This document shows, one piece after another, positions 20,986 to 33,075 of a stretch of DNA of 64,000 nucleotides (position 1 is its first letter; every line of letters begins with the position of its first letter). This DNA is from Azolla caroliniana. Its lineage: Eukaryota; Plantae; Polypodiophyta. Location of the stretch: the NCBI GenBank assembly GCA_043228905.1, contig JBHGNT010000003.1:19220001-19284000 (forward strand), read 5' to 3'. The notes beneath the pieces are model-generated. The model was not told the origin of the DNA, made no database searches, and worked only from the letters and a program-made list of their open reading frames with translations. The position numbers were made by a program, and so were the translations under genes.

Positions 20986-23641
20986 ATGCTCGGAAGGCAC
21001 GGGAAAGCCTTCGCATTCTCGCCGGAAGAAATCGGGTGCGTAGACCCGACAGTCGTGAAGCCGATGGTGATATTCACGATACTGCATGTGCCATGGAATC
21101 TCAAGCCAATTTCGGTACCGAGAGCTCACATCCCGGAGCTGATGGAGTTATTGAGGCAGAAAGTCGATATGGGCATCCTCGAACCGTCGAGTGCCCCGTA
21201 CTCGAACCGGTGGTTTACTGTACCGAAGAAGAATGGGACGTTGCGCTTCATTCAAGACCTGCAGCCGGTCAACAGAGTGACCATTCGGAACGCGGGAATC
21301 GGACCAACGATAGACAAGTTCGCGGAGGCCTTCGCCGGAAGGTCGATCTACTCGGTCGGTGATCTGTACTCGGGGTACGATCAATTCCAACTAGCCGTAG
21401 AGAGCAGAGACATTACGACGATGCGGACTCCTCTCGGCCTAGTGCGGATGTGCACCCTGCCGCAAGGAGGGACGAACTCGGTGGCCCACATGGTGAATGC
21501 GATGAACAAGGTGCTGAGGGATTGTATCCCGGACATCACCATGCCATTCTTGGACGACATCCGGATCAAGGGATGTCCGGTGGAGAAAAAGGACGAAACG
21601 ATCGGACCGGACGGATGCCGGAAATTCGTGACGACACACATTGACGATTGCGAGAGGGTGCTGCAGAGGCTGGAGGACGCGAGGCTCACCTTCTCCAGGG
21701 AGAAATCGGCCTTCGGGCAATCGGAGATCATGGTCGTCGGGCATCTATGCGGGGCGTATGGCCGGAAACCGTCTCCGGAAAAGGTAGAAGCCATCTCCGC
21801 TATGAAGCCCGATTGTAACTCGATCACGGAGGTACGGAGGTTCTTGGGAGCATGCGCGTTCTACCACATATGGATCCCGCATTACGCCTACGTTGCCGAG
21901 CTGCTATACGGGTTGCTGAAAAAGGGGCAAAAATTCGAGTGGCGAGTCGAGCATACGGAGTCAGTACGAAAAATGAAGGAGGCTCTTGCTGCAGCTCCGG
22001 CGCTCTGGAAGGCTGTCTACAAGAAAGGCACCCCCATCTACATAACGGTAGATACAAGTCCGACCGGGATTGGTTGGGTCGTCAACCAAGAAGATGAGGA
22101 CGGTATTCGGTTCCCAATCCGGTTCGGTGCGAAGGTCCTCAGCGAGCGACAGCGAGGATACGCCCAGGTTAAACGCGAACTCTGGGGTATCGTTTCGGCG
22201 GTAAAGGCCGATAAAGACTATTTGACCGGGACAGAGGTAATTATCGAGACGGACTGCCTGCCGATCCTCGGCATGGTTTCCGGATGCGCAACCCCGAACC
22301 TGGCAATGCTCAGGTGGATAGCGTACATCAAGTCCCTGGATCCGGAAATACGACACATTTCCGGGAAGGACAATGCCATGGCCGACATGCTTTCGAGGGC
22401 GAGATTCGACGACGAGGGCGGCATGGTTTCGGAGGACGAGGAAGTCGACGTAGACTTCTTGGAGGCGGCTTACGTAACAACCGAGGGGGAAAGCACTCTG
22501 GCGCTTAACGATTTCAACGAGAGCAAGTACGACGAGGAGTGGCTGCAGATTGGGGGATTCTTAAGGACAATGGTGCCGGACGCATTGTGGACAAGGGACG
22601 AGGCCAACCGGATCCGGAAGAAAGCGTACCGATTCTTTCTCCGGGACGGATACTTGTGGAAGCACCCGAAGAAGAGGAACGGCATCCCGCCCCGAGTAGT
22701 GGCAATGAAGGAGGAACAGGAGGAACAGGAGGAATTGCTGAAGGCCTACCACGACAGCCCCTGGGCTGGGCACCGTGGGACGTGGGCCACGTTCGAGAAG
22801 CTAAGGGGGAAGTACTGGTGGCCGGGACTATACCGGGACGTGCATCGGTTCGTGACAACTTGTGAGAGCTGTCAGATGCACTCCGTAATCCGACATCGGG
22901 ACGAGCTTCACCCCACTTACCCTCCAGCCATCCACTTCAAATGGATGGTAGATTTGGTGACGATGCCGATGGGCGTAGGGCAGATGCGATATCTGGTGCT
23001 GGCCTGGGAGGACCTGACAAACCAGGTGGAAGGCCAAGCCCTGTAGAACAATACGACCGCGGCCGATCATGCCGATGGAACGGACGATCTCCTCTTGGGC
23101 GACAGTAGACTGGAGTGATGAAATGAGTTGGGAAGAACTGCTAGCGGCGCGTATACGGCAGCTCGAGCGGAGGCCAGAGGACGTGGAACGAGCGGCGGAG
23201 AGACTTCGGACGGCGAGGATGAAGAACAAAGCCCGGTTCGACCGAACGCACCGGCTCAGACCAAAGAGAATTGAGGAAGACGACTGGGTGCTAGTCTACG
23301 ACAGCAACCTCGACAACCAGCACCGAGCAACACGGAAGTTTGCAAAGCGGTGGTTCGGGCCTTACGTGGTAACGAGCGCCAAGGACAACGGGACGTATCA
23401 CCTGGCGGAACTCGATGGTATGAGGATGGCGATACCAGTGGCGGGAAAGCGGATCAAAGCGTTCAAGAAGCGCCACGATGGCGAACTGGATCTAAGAGGC
23501 CTGGACAACGACGATGATCAGTCTGAGGCGGAGGACGAACCGATGGACGAGGAACCGGAACTCGGGCCGTTTTTCTCCAACCAGAACCCAATTTTGGCGC
23601 ATACCGGTGGATGCGCGGTTAGGTGGGGGTGGATGTCGTGA
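20986..23641 (+). pseudogene. Ylt1-like Pol (RT-RH-IN) with integrase core deleted
   Basis: DLYSGYDQ, LPQGGTNS, PFLDD, VDTS, ETDC, H..GH..C..C. Stop at 23046, then a jump to the C-terminal IN region (WFGPY). Confidence 0.88.
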
Positions 23642-24280
23642 AGAAAACCGTCCCCTGGCGCAATCGGTGAATAGCACACAGGAACCGGCCCTTCACGTGT
23701 GTGCGCTCTTAATGTATATAATAGAGAATTAGGTACAGAGAGAGATCCTGGGTAGTTAGATTCGGTAGGTAGGAAGTAAATGAGGGAGACGGCTCCCCTC
23801 TTGACGCTATAAAGGAGAGGGAGACGCAGGGAGAGGGGATCGCCGATTCAGGAGGACGAAGTGCTGTCGGATCGGAACCGAACGCTTCTCCTCAGTCTGT
23901 TCTCTATTGCTCTTCTCTGCAGGTTTCGGGAGGCTCACGCTACTTCGAGGAACGCCCGTGTGCTTATGGCAGCACCTCCATCCTATCCCCATTTCGTGCG
24001 CAGACGAACATGCATCGACATCTGTTCGCCGGCCTGTTCGGTTGTAGCCGCTCGCGTGTTCTGCTGTGTACTTGTTATTCGTTAATATAGAAACACTTGT
24101 CTCTCCCTGTCTCTGTATCCATTCACGTCTTTGTGTTGACGGGCCACGCCCCTGTGTTTCTTTGCTCATACGTGACCGGGCGTCTCTCTCCTTCTCTTTC
24201 CCCTTCTATCACCTGCTCTTCGGTTCAAGACCCCGATGGTCCCGCCTCGTTTCTCCACGCACGCGCGTAACAACACGACA

Positions 24281-26754
24281 ACGGCAGAGTCTCCACCACT
24301 TGCCGTCTCTTCATCCGACTGGTCCAACTGACTCAGTCGCTCGTTCGGTCCACTCAACCGTAACGATTCCGGACTCTCATCTTGAGTCCCGGCTTCATCA
24401 TCCTCTGCCAGGGTTGATTCCGGCTCACTGGCCTGATCTTCCGGCATTGGGTGGGGATCGGAAGTCGGAGTCGGTACGGAGTACCAGGATGCCGATTCAT
24501 CGAACTTGACATCCCGGCTAACTCGGACTTCCTTCGTCCGGGGGTTAAAGCACTTATACCCCTTTTGCTCTTGAACATAGCCGACTAGGATGCATTTTTC
24601 CGATTTTGCATCCAGCTTTCTTCGCTTCTGATCTGGCACATGCACATACGCTATGCTGCCGAATATCCGAAGGTGTCTTAAGTTCGGCTTGCGCCCGAAA
24701 TACAGCTCATGAGCTGACACCTTGTCACCAATGCGGTTTTGTATGTAGACGGCCGTCCGGACCGCCTCCGCCCAGTAGAACCGGGGCATGTTCTTCTCCT
24801 CCAGCATTGCCCTTGCCGCTTCGACGAGTGTCCGGTTCTTCCTTTCGGCCACACCATTTTGCTCCGGTGTGTATCTGCAGCTGAACTCTCGCCGAATTCC
24901 CTTCTGCTGCAGATAACTAGTCAATTGGCCGGAAAAATATTCCTTTCCGCCATCCGACCGAAGGCATTTGATCTTCCTCTCCGATTCCCGTTCCACCATC
25001 TTCTGAAGGCTCCGGAAACAGTCGAAGACTTCGCTCTTCCGCTCAATGAGGTAGACCCAAGTATGTTGAGTATAGTCGTCGATGAAGGAGACGAAGTATC
25101 GGCTCCTGCCAAGGCTTACACTTTGTGCCGGTCCCCACACATCCGAATGGATGAGATCGAGCTTGTTACGGCTCCGGTTCCGTTCGGTGGGGAATGGAAG
25201 CCGGTGTTGCTTCCCAAGTTGGCAGGCTTCACAAATTTCGGCTCTCCGGCCGCTGAACTTCGGCAAACCGAAAATGACTTGTTTTGTTTGCAGGTCTTGA
25301 AGCCTCCGGTAGTTGATGTGGCCTATCCGCTTGTGCCACAGGTCGATGTTCGACTCGACCTTCTGTCGTTTCGCGAACAGAGCGATGCCAAAGTCATTGG
25401 TGTTGAGGATAAACATCCTCCCGTCTCTGCGCCCTTGCGCAATGACTTCGCCCTCATCCTCAATGAAGCACCCGAGGTGCGTAAACCGCACCTGCATCCC
25501 CTGGTCGACAATCTGACCGACGGACACCAGGTTCTTCGTGATTGTCGGAACGTGTAATACGTTCATCAGCTTCCCTTTTTGTCCGACGTGTCTTAGAGGG
25601 ACTTCTCCGACGTGCACGATTGGGTGAGGAGTGTCGTTTCCGGTTTCGACTACTCCTGGTTGATTCGGTTTCTCTAGAAAGGAGAACCACTCTTTGTGGC
25701 TCGTCATGCAGTTCGACGCGCCGGAATCAACATACCACACTTCCTCCGTTTTGGAAGTGGTCTACTTCATTGAGTTTGCCTTGTGATTCATCACCAAGGC
25801 TGGACCCTTACCGGCCTTTCCGGTTCCGGATCCTCCTGATCCGTTTGCGTAGTGCGGGTTTTGCCGGCCATCCTTACCGGTCTTGCCGGATCCGGATATG
25901 TCCGAATCGGCACGCTTTCTCCAGCACTCGCTTTCCCTGTGGCCTTTTTTGCCACAGTACCAGCATTCCGTAGCGGATTTGTCTTGCCGGCCTCCGACAC
26001 CGCCTTGACTCCCCCTGCTTGTGGAAGTCCCGGAACTGCTGTCGGCACACTCATAGTGCCTCCGTTCCTGCTCTTGCCGGCCGCCTCCATTGCGTGCCGA
26101 CCCACCTCTTCCACCACGCCCACGGAGCCGATCCGTTCCCGTGTACAGCATTCGGCTGTCCGAGGATGCACTGGTAGATGCACCGGCGTGGTTCTCCTCT
26201 ACAAGGAGCATCGACTGTAAGTCGAAGAATGAGGGGGTATTCTCCCTTGTACACATTGCAGTCCGGAATGCTCCGAACTTGGACGCCAAGCCTCCGAGAC
26301 ATACCTGCACCATCTCGTCTTCCTCTACGGTAACATTGATAGAGGTGAGCGAGTCGCAGATCTCCTTTATCCGGCCCGTGTAGTCTGCCACGGACATGTT
26401 CTTCTGTCCAACATTGTTCAACTCCTGTCTGAGTTGTAGCTTTCGGGCAGTGGTGCTTGCGGCGAAAACCTTTTTCAGGTTCCCCCAAGCATCCTTCGGT
26501 GTCTTGGCGTCACGGATGTGGCTGAGCAGCTGATCGCCGACACTGGACGCGAAGCAGTACATCACCTTGCTTGCCGCATGTTCCCATATCGGGAAGTCCT
26601 TGTGTGCCGAGTCGGGCGCCGCATCATTCGCTCCTTCGACATAACTCCAGTACCTATGTCCAAGCAGGTATTGGTGCATCTTGTAAGACCAGGATGCGTA
26701 GTTGCTCTTGTCGAGCTTCTCCACCGGGAGCGACGTAGCCATGCCTCTATCCAT
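24281..26754 (-). pseudogene. Copia A Gag-PR-IN (one in-frame stop at 25762)
   Basis: CWYCGKKGHRESEC, WYVDSGAS, LWHKRIGH, HSDVWGP, SDGGKEY, QNGVAER. Confidence 0.93.
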
Positions 26755-26848
26755 GTCTTCTACTGTGTCTGTTTTCGACCTGTTAGGGTTTTCTTCTCAA
26801 GAGTAAATGTTTGCAGCAGAGGTTCTCAACCCTTGCGCTCTGATACCA

Positions 26849-27295
26849 TGTAAACGTAAGTGTTTGCGGAAGCGTAAAACAGAGAACAACACAAAGAGAG
26901 AGAGAGAGAGAGAGAGAAAGCGAGAGAGAGAGAGAGAGAGAGAGAAAGCGAGAGAGAGAGAGAGAGCAGAACACAATTTCAAAATTATATCAAGACTGTG
27001 TATACACATTATGCTAAGTAGCACTATTTATACAAGTCCTCTTGGGACTGACAGAAGTACCATGTACTTCAATGCTCACACGAGCATCAGACACTTACTA
27101 CGAGACTATAGCTACCTAGTAGTCTATCCTATACTAGGCTTCCGATTGGACTTCCGGTTACGGATTGCACCCGGCCTCCACTGCTTGCCGGTTCGGTTGC
27201 TCACCGTCATACCGATCCGTTTCGCCCGATCCGTCTCGCTTACCGGCTCCGGCTTATTCAGCCGATCCGGCTCCGGTTGAGCTTGCCACTCAACA
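26849..27295 (-). repeat. Copia A 5' LTR
   Basis: Adjacent to the iMet PBS; followed by TSD GAACC. Confidence 0.95.
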
Positions 27296-27740
27296 GAACC
27301 ATCAATAATTGGATGGAGTGTCGATTGTCTTGGCTCTTCACCCTCGTGTAAGCCGAACTGTTGTCCAACACCTTGGTCTCCATTTGAGCCATCGTGATAT
27401 AGGGTTCGCCGAGTATAATAGGATGGGAAGATGTCTCCTACATGAAGAAATGTTGGTTGATCTCAATGTCACCAACCTTTACCCAGACCTTTGGGCATGC
27501 CCCATGAAGCTCTTCGGTAGCGCGGGTCGCCGCATGTATCCTCTAGCTGTGTTTTGTGTTGATCGGCGACTTACCCTTCTTGTAGAAGTCCATGGACGTC
27601 AAGATAATCTCAGATCCATGGTCAAACAATGCTACTACTGGCTCCTTCACATCACTGATCCGAACCGACGTCTCCATTGTAGCCCTCGCCCAATGCGGCC
27701 TCATATAGTGGTTGTCGGCAAATTCGTCCTCCACCGCCAC

Positions 27741-30700
27741 TGTAGGAGACAAGGCCGTGTCGATGCGGAAGATCAGTAAGCATTCGATTAGGGTTTCAAG
27801 TACCTGCGTATGAGAGTTTCCTAGATCGTGCACAGAGAGAGAGAGAGAGAGAGAGAGGAGGCACAAAAGACTCTTTTCTATATCATAGAAAACAATAATA
27901 CAACCCAACCTTACAAAAAGGTTACAAGGTCACTATATATAGTGACCGACTTAGGGCAACTACCATTTATGCTAATTACACAAATGGCCCAAACTTGATC
28001 TATACAAAGGGATAGTGTGAATACGTCCATTATACACTTGTATTCGACACTCCCCCGTAATGGGTGTATACATGGGTTATCTAAGATTACAGGTATAAAC
28101 CTAGGTTCTCGGACATATCAGTTTTGTTCGAGTCGGCAGGGTCCGAAGGCAGAAGACCGGACTGGTCGGGTCGGAAGAGTTGAAGCCGATCATTAAGGAA
28201 CTGATGTCGGTTGTCTGAAACCATCCTGCGCTGTGTCCGGCTCTAACCGGACTGGTTTGTCGTTACGCCCATCTGATGCCGAAGGGACCGAAAGCGGTCT
28301 GCCGAAAGACACTTGGTCATTCCATCTGCGACATTGTCGGTTGTGGATATTTTCTCTAGACCGATTTTCCCTGAAATGATGCAGTCCCGAACGAAGTGAT
28401 ATCGAACATCGATATGTTTGGAGGCGTTGTGGTGAACCGGATTTCTCGACAAGGCAACAGCACCTTGACTGTCGCTATAGATAACTGGAGCCGAGTCATG
28501 GTCGACTTGCCGAAACGTGTGCGCCAGCCGGCCGAGCCACAAAGCTTCTTTTGCAGCGTCGGACGCAGCTACATATTCTGCTTCGGTCGTTGAGGTCGCT
28601 GTGCACTCCTGAAGTTTCGACTTCCACGAAATTGCTCCATTGCCGAATTTGAAGCAGTATCCGGTTGTTGATTTCCGACTGTCTATACAGCCGGCGAAGT
28701 CCGAGTCGGTGTAACCGACTACGCCTGAGGTTGAGTTCGGACCGAAAAGAATGCCGTGATCTTTTGTGCCAGCCAGATATTTGAACACATGCTTGACTGC
28801 GTTCCAATGCGATCGGCCAGGATTGTGCATAAATCTGCTAACGACTCCTACGGCATGAGAAATATCAGGCCGTGTCGCGACCATCAGGTACATAAGGGAG
28901 CCGACTGCCGGTGCATACGGTACCGACTTCATATCTTCCCCCTCCGGACCGGATGTCGGGCAGTCTCGCTGAGAGAGCCGAAGATTCATGGGGAGCGGGG
29001 TTGAAGCAGATTTGGCTGATTGCATGTTGAAACGTTCCAAGACACGTCCGATATAGTCGGTCTGAGACAAAAAAAGATGTCGTTTATCGCGATGCCGACT
29101 AATCTTCATGCCAAGTATGTGTCGTGCCGGACCGAGGTCCTTCATGGCAAACTTCAACCGCAGTTGCCAAATGAGATTGGCAAGTTCGCCCGCGTGGCGT
29201 CCAGAAATTAGCATGTCGTCCACGTAAATGATGAGGAAGATGGGTGATCCATCTTGACCTGTGTTGGTAAAAAGACAATGGTCCTCATCGCTTTTTGAGA
29301 AGCCGATCGATTGGATGAAGTCGTCGAACTTCTTGTACCATTGTCGCGGTGCCTGTTTGAGGCCGTATAGACTCTTCCTGAGTCGGCAGACTAGATGTTC
29401 TTGGCCAGTTGCCACGAAGCCTTTTGGCTGCTCCATATAAATTTCCTCTTCAAGATCACCATGGAGGAAGGCTGTTTTGACATCTAGCTGAATCAGCTCC
29501 AAGTTGTCGGCTGCCACTACGCCGAGTAGAAAACGAAGGGTTGTCATTTTCACCACTGGTGAAAAAATCTCGTCGAAGTCGACGCCATATTCTTGTCGGA
29601 AGCCCTTTGCAACTAATCTGGCCTTGTACTTTGGGGTGGTCGAATCAGACGTCTCTTTTAGTCGATAAACCCACTTGCAAGGAAGAGCACGTCGATTCTT
29701 AGGTAATTCGACCAGATCCCAAGTCTTGTTTGCCCGAATGGAGTGCATTTCCGACTCCATCGCCAGATGCCAGGTGGCTGAATCGACAGATGTCGATGCT
29801 TCTTCGTAAGACGTCAGTTCGCCGGCGTCGGTGAAGAAAATTCCAGGAGAATACCTCTCCGGAGGTTGTGACAGTCTCTCGGATCGTCGAGGTATGATTG
29901 GACTGGTCGCATCGGGTATCGAGGTCGGATGGTCCGAAAGCGAATCATTCGGCTGTGCCGAGTCAAAGTTGTCCGAGTCGGTAGTGTAAGGTTCAGCTAC
30001 CCGTGAAGCTGACCGTGTGTTAAGAGCGGGGCCTTCTTGAAGGGTCGGCACATCGGAAAATGTTACCCTTCGGACTTCGATCGGTGTTTCGACTGATGGA
30101 TTCATAGCCGACTCGTTGAACACAACGTCCGAACTTCGAACGATTTGTCTGCGTTCGGGGTCCCAGAGTCGGTATCCCATTTCGCCGTCGGATCCATATC
30201 CAAGGAAAATGCATTTCCTGGACCGAGGTACAAGTTTTCGGCGATCATCTTTCGGAATAAGGGCGTACGCCTCGCATCCGAAGATCCTCAGCTTGTCGTA
30301 ATTCGGCTTACTGCCGATCCATAGTTCCTGAGGAATTTGAAGTCCTAGAGGTCTACTTGGCGACATATTGATTATGTGTACTGCCGTGAGTAGAGCCTCT
30401 GCCCAGAAGCCATCCGACAGTCCGGAGTGTTGGAGCATGGAAACTATCCGTTCTTGGATTGTCCGATTCATGCGTTCTGCAATCCCGTTTTGCTCCGGAC
30501 TGTGTGGTGCCGTAAATTCACGTCGGATGCCGCGTTGTCGGCAGAATTTGACGAATTCTTCTGATTTGAACTCTCCCCCATTGTCGGTCCGAAAGCATTT
30601 CAGTTTTCGGTCAGTTTGATTTTCTACCATAGCGAGCCAATCGGAGAAGATCGAGAAGACACGATCTTTGGTGCGAATTGGATAAGCCCACACCTTTCGA

Positions 30701-33038
30701 GTCGAATCGTCAATAAAACTGACGAAGTAAGAGGCACCGCCGAGAGACTGATGCGGCATTGGGCCACAGACGTCCGAGTGGACTAAATCGAGAGGTCTCG
30801 TTTCTCTTGGTGCTGATGTCGGGTGTGATGCGGCTGCTTGTTTGCCATACTGGCAATGTTCGCAGAATTGATGGTCCGAGAAGGAGAGTTTAGGGATGTA
30901 TCCGGCTCTAGATAGGTGCGTAATGCCGGCCTTGCTGAGGTGTCCTAATCTTCTGTGCCATAGTGATGACACAGGAATATCCACCAAAAACAGGTTACCC
31001 TCTCTGAGCGTAACGTGTAACGGATACAGTGAGTGTATCTTGGGTCCTCTGGCAAGCAGGAGGTTCCCCCTGTGGAGTGTCCACCCTCCCGAAGAAAAAC
31101 CGGCACGAATGCCGTCTTCATCTAGTTGTCCGACTGAGATCAATGGTCTTGAGAGCTCGGGTACATGTCGGACATTGTGAAGTACAAGTGTAGAGCCACC
31201 TGCAAGGTTGAGCTCTACTGTGCCGATTCCAATGATGTCACAGTGTTGCGAGTTGCCGACTCGAACTGAGTCGGAGTCACGGATCGTATATTGCCGAAAT
31301 TGGGATCGATGAGGAGTCACGTGAAATGACGCGCCCGAATCTAAGAGCCATGTGCTCGATTCTTCAGTCGTGAGCAGAACTTCTGATCCGACTGGATTTT
31401 CGATTGATAGTATATTCGGGTCGTTTGGTAACACATCAGCTGAGGAGCTGACGTAATTGATCTCCTCATGCCGGCCACTCTTCTTGTCTGATTTCTGAGA
31501 CTTGTCGTTCTTGTTCTTGAGTGCGCGACAGTCTGCTTTGATGTGTCCGGGTTTCTTGCAATAGTTGCAGATTCGATTATCCCGTGACTGGCTCCGTCTT
31601 CGCTGATTGTTCGGCTGCCGTGAGGAATCTCTTCCTCGTATGTTCGATCGGTCTGTCGAACCTTGTACTACATAAGCGTCGTCTATTGAGTCTTTGGCGA
31701 AAGACTTTCTCCGAGCTGCTTCGGTCAGGATTGCGCTCGTGACTTCGGAGTATTTAACAGCCGTGGTTGACGCGTTGCATACGGTTGTGACGAAAGTTTC
31801 CCATGATGAGGGAAGGCTGCTCATGAGTATCATTGCTCTGAGTTCATCCTCGATTGCCGTCCCCTGAGATGAGATTTGGGAGCTTATGCTTTCGTACTCA
31901 TTGAGATGTGCTTGAACTGAATCTGATTCTTTCATCCGCAAGTTGTAGAGGCGCCGGATCAGAAACATCTTTGTTGCAGCGACCTTCTTTTCGTAAGTGT
32001 CCGACAGTGTTTTCCACAGTTCGAATGCTGTCGTACACGATTGCACCGTAAAGTATACCGATTCCGATAGGTGCATCCGAATCGTGGCGCGGACGATTCT
32101 GTCCAGCTTCTGCCACTCAATTGGTTTGTATCCTTCTGGAGGTTCTTCATTTTCGATGGGATCGATTTGCCCCTTGACTATGAGATAGTCCTGCATTTGC
32201 TCCTTCCAGAAGTTGAAGTTCGATCCATCGAACTTTCGTAGACTCATTTCTGACGAGCCGGATGTTGATGCCATCAAATTTGGTTTCGGTTGACGAAGCT
32301 CGGTTCGGAGTTGACTACGAACCTTGTTGGAGTGCAGCCGGTTGGCTCACCCGATATCGTTCTAGTCGGATTTGGACCCGAGTCGGTTCGGCTTCGGATA
32401 TATGTATTGTTGAACTTGCTCGAATTGACTCCAGTAACTTGAGGGACAGAACCGACTGGTCTTCCCAAATGTTGCCGAGTCGGAGTGAGCCCGGTTCGCT
32501 TCCGAATATATATGCCAAATACCGATTATTGAAACCGATTGTCTGGACCGATTCTGCTTCGGGTGACTGCAGCGACGAGAGAGACGGATCCAACTGATCC
32601 TCCCGAATGTCGATCAGCTGGATGAAGCACGAATTTGGGTTGTTGTCCTTGAAGTCGTCGTTGTGCAGGAAGCCCACCTCAAGCAGTTACGATCAGGGAA
32701 GTAGAGTACAGCCGACTGGCTTACTCCGAGTGATGATCTAACGCAGCGAGATTCAAGCTTGTGTTTGCCTACTTTCTTCTCTGTTTCTTCGAATGACGCA
32801 AGAGGCCGAATGCTTTGCAGACTAGGATGAAGCGAAAGGCCGAATACTGTGCAGGCTGTGATGAAGCGAAGAACCGAATGCTGCGTAGGCTGAGACGACG
32901 GCCGACAGCGGGTTGAGGGACCGAATACTGTGCAGGCTCTGATACCAGATGTAGGAGACAAGGCCGAGTCGATGCGGAAGATCAGTAAGCATTCGATTAG
33001 GGTTTCAAGTACCTGCGTATGAGATTTTCCTAGATCGT

Positions 33039-33075
<37 letters not shown>

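Larger units (their letters stand above)
17669..24280 (+). mobile_element. Ylt1-like Ty3/gypsy inside copia A; divergent LTRs, no TSD, internal deletions
   Basis: LTRs 17669-18315 (TA..CA) and 23634-24280 (TG..CA); PBS 18320-18337; PPT AGGTGGGGGTGGA before 23634; gag-PR, RT-RH and partial IN. Confidence 0.93.
14975..27295 (-). mobile_element. Ty1/copia element A, both LTRs present, containing a nested gypsy
   Basis: LTRs 14975-15393 and 26849-27295 (TG..CA); TSD GAACC; iMet PBS TGGTATCAGAGC at 26848-26837; PPT 15394-15405. Gag 25762-26754, PR-IN 24281-25740, RT 16792-17613, RH 16222-16731. Confidence 0.96.

Noticed and set aside
20965-20990. A second programmed frameshift before RT
   Set aside because: Comparison with 14340-14460 shows roughly 100 bp are simply deleted in this copy.
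18515-23229. Many overlapping and antisense ORFs within gag-pol regions
   Set aside because: Expected shadows of GC-rich coding sequence; no motifs and no conservation between copies.
25741-25765. TAG between copia A gag and protease as programmed read-through
   Set aside because: The sister copy reads NSMKKTTSK (AAG) at this position, so it is a point mutation.
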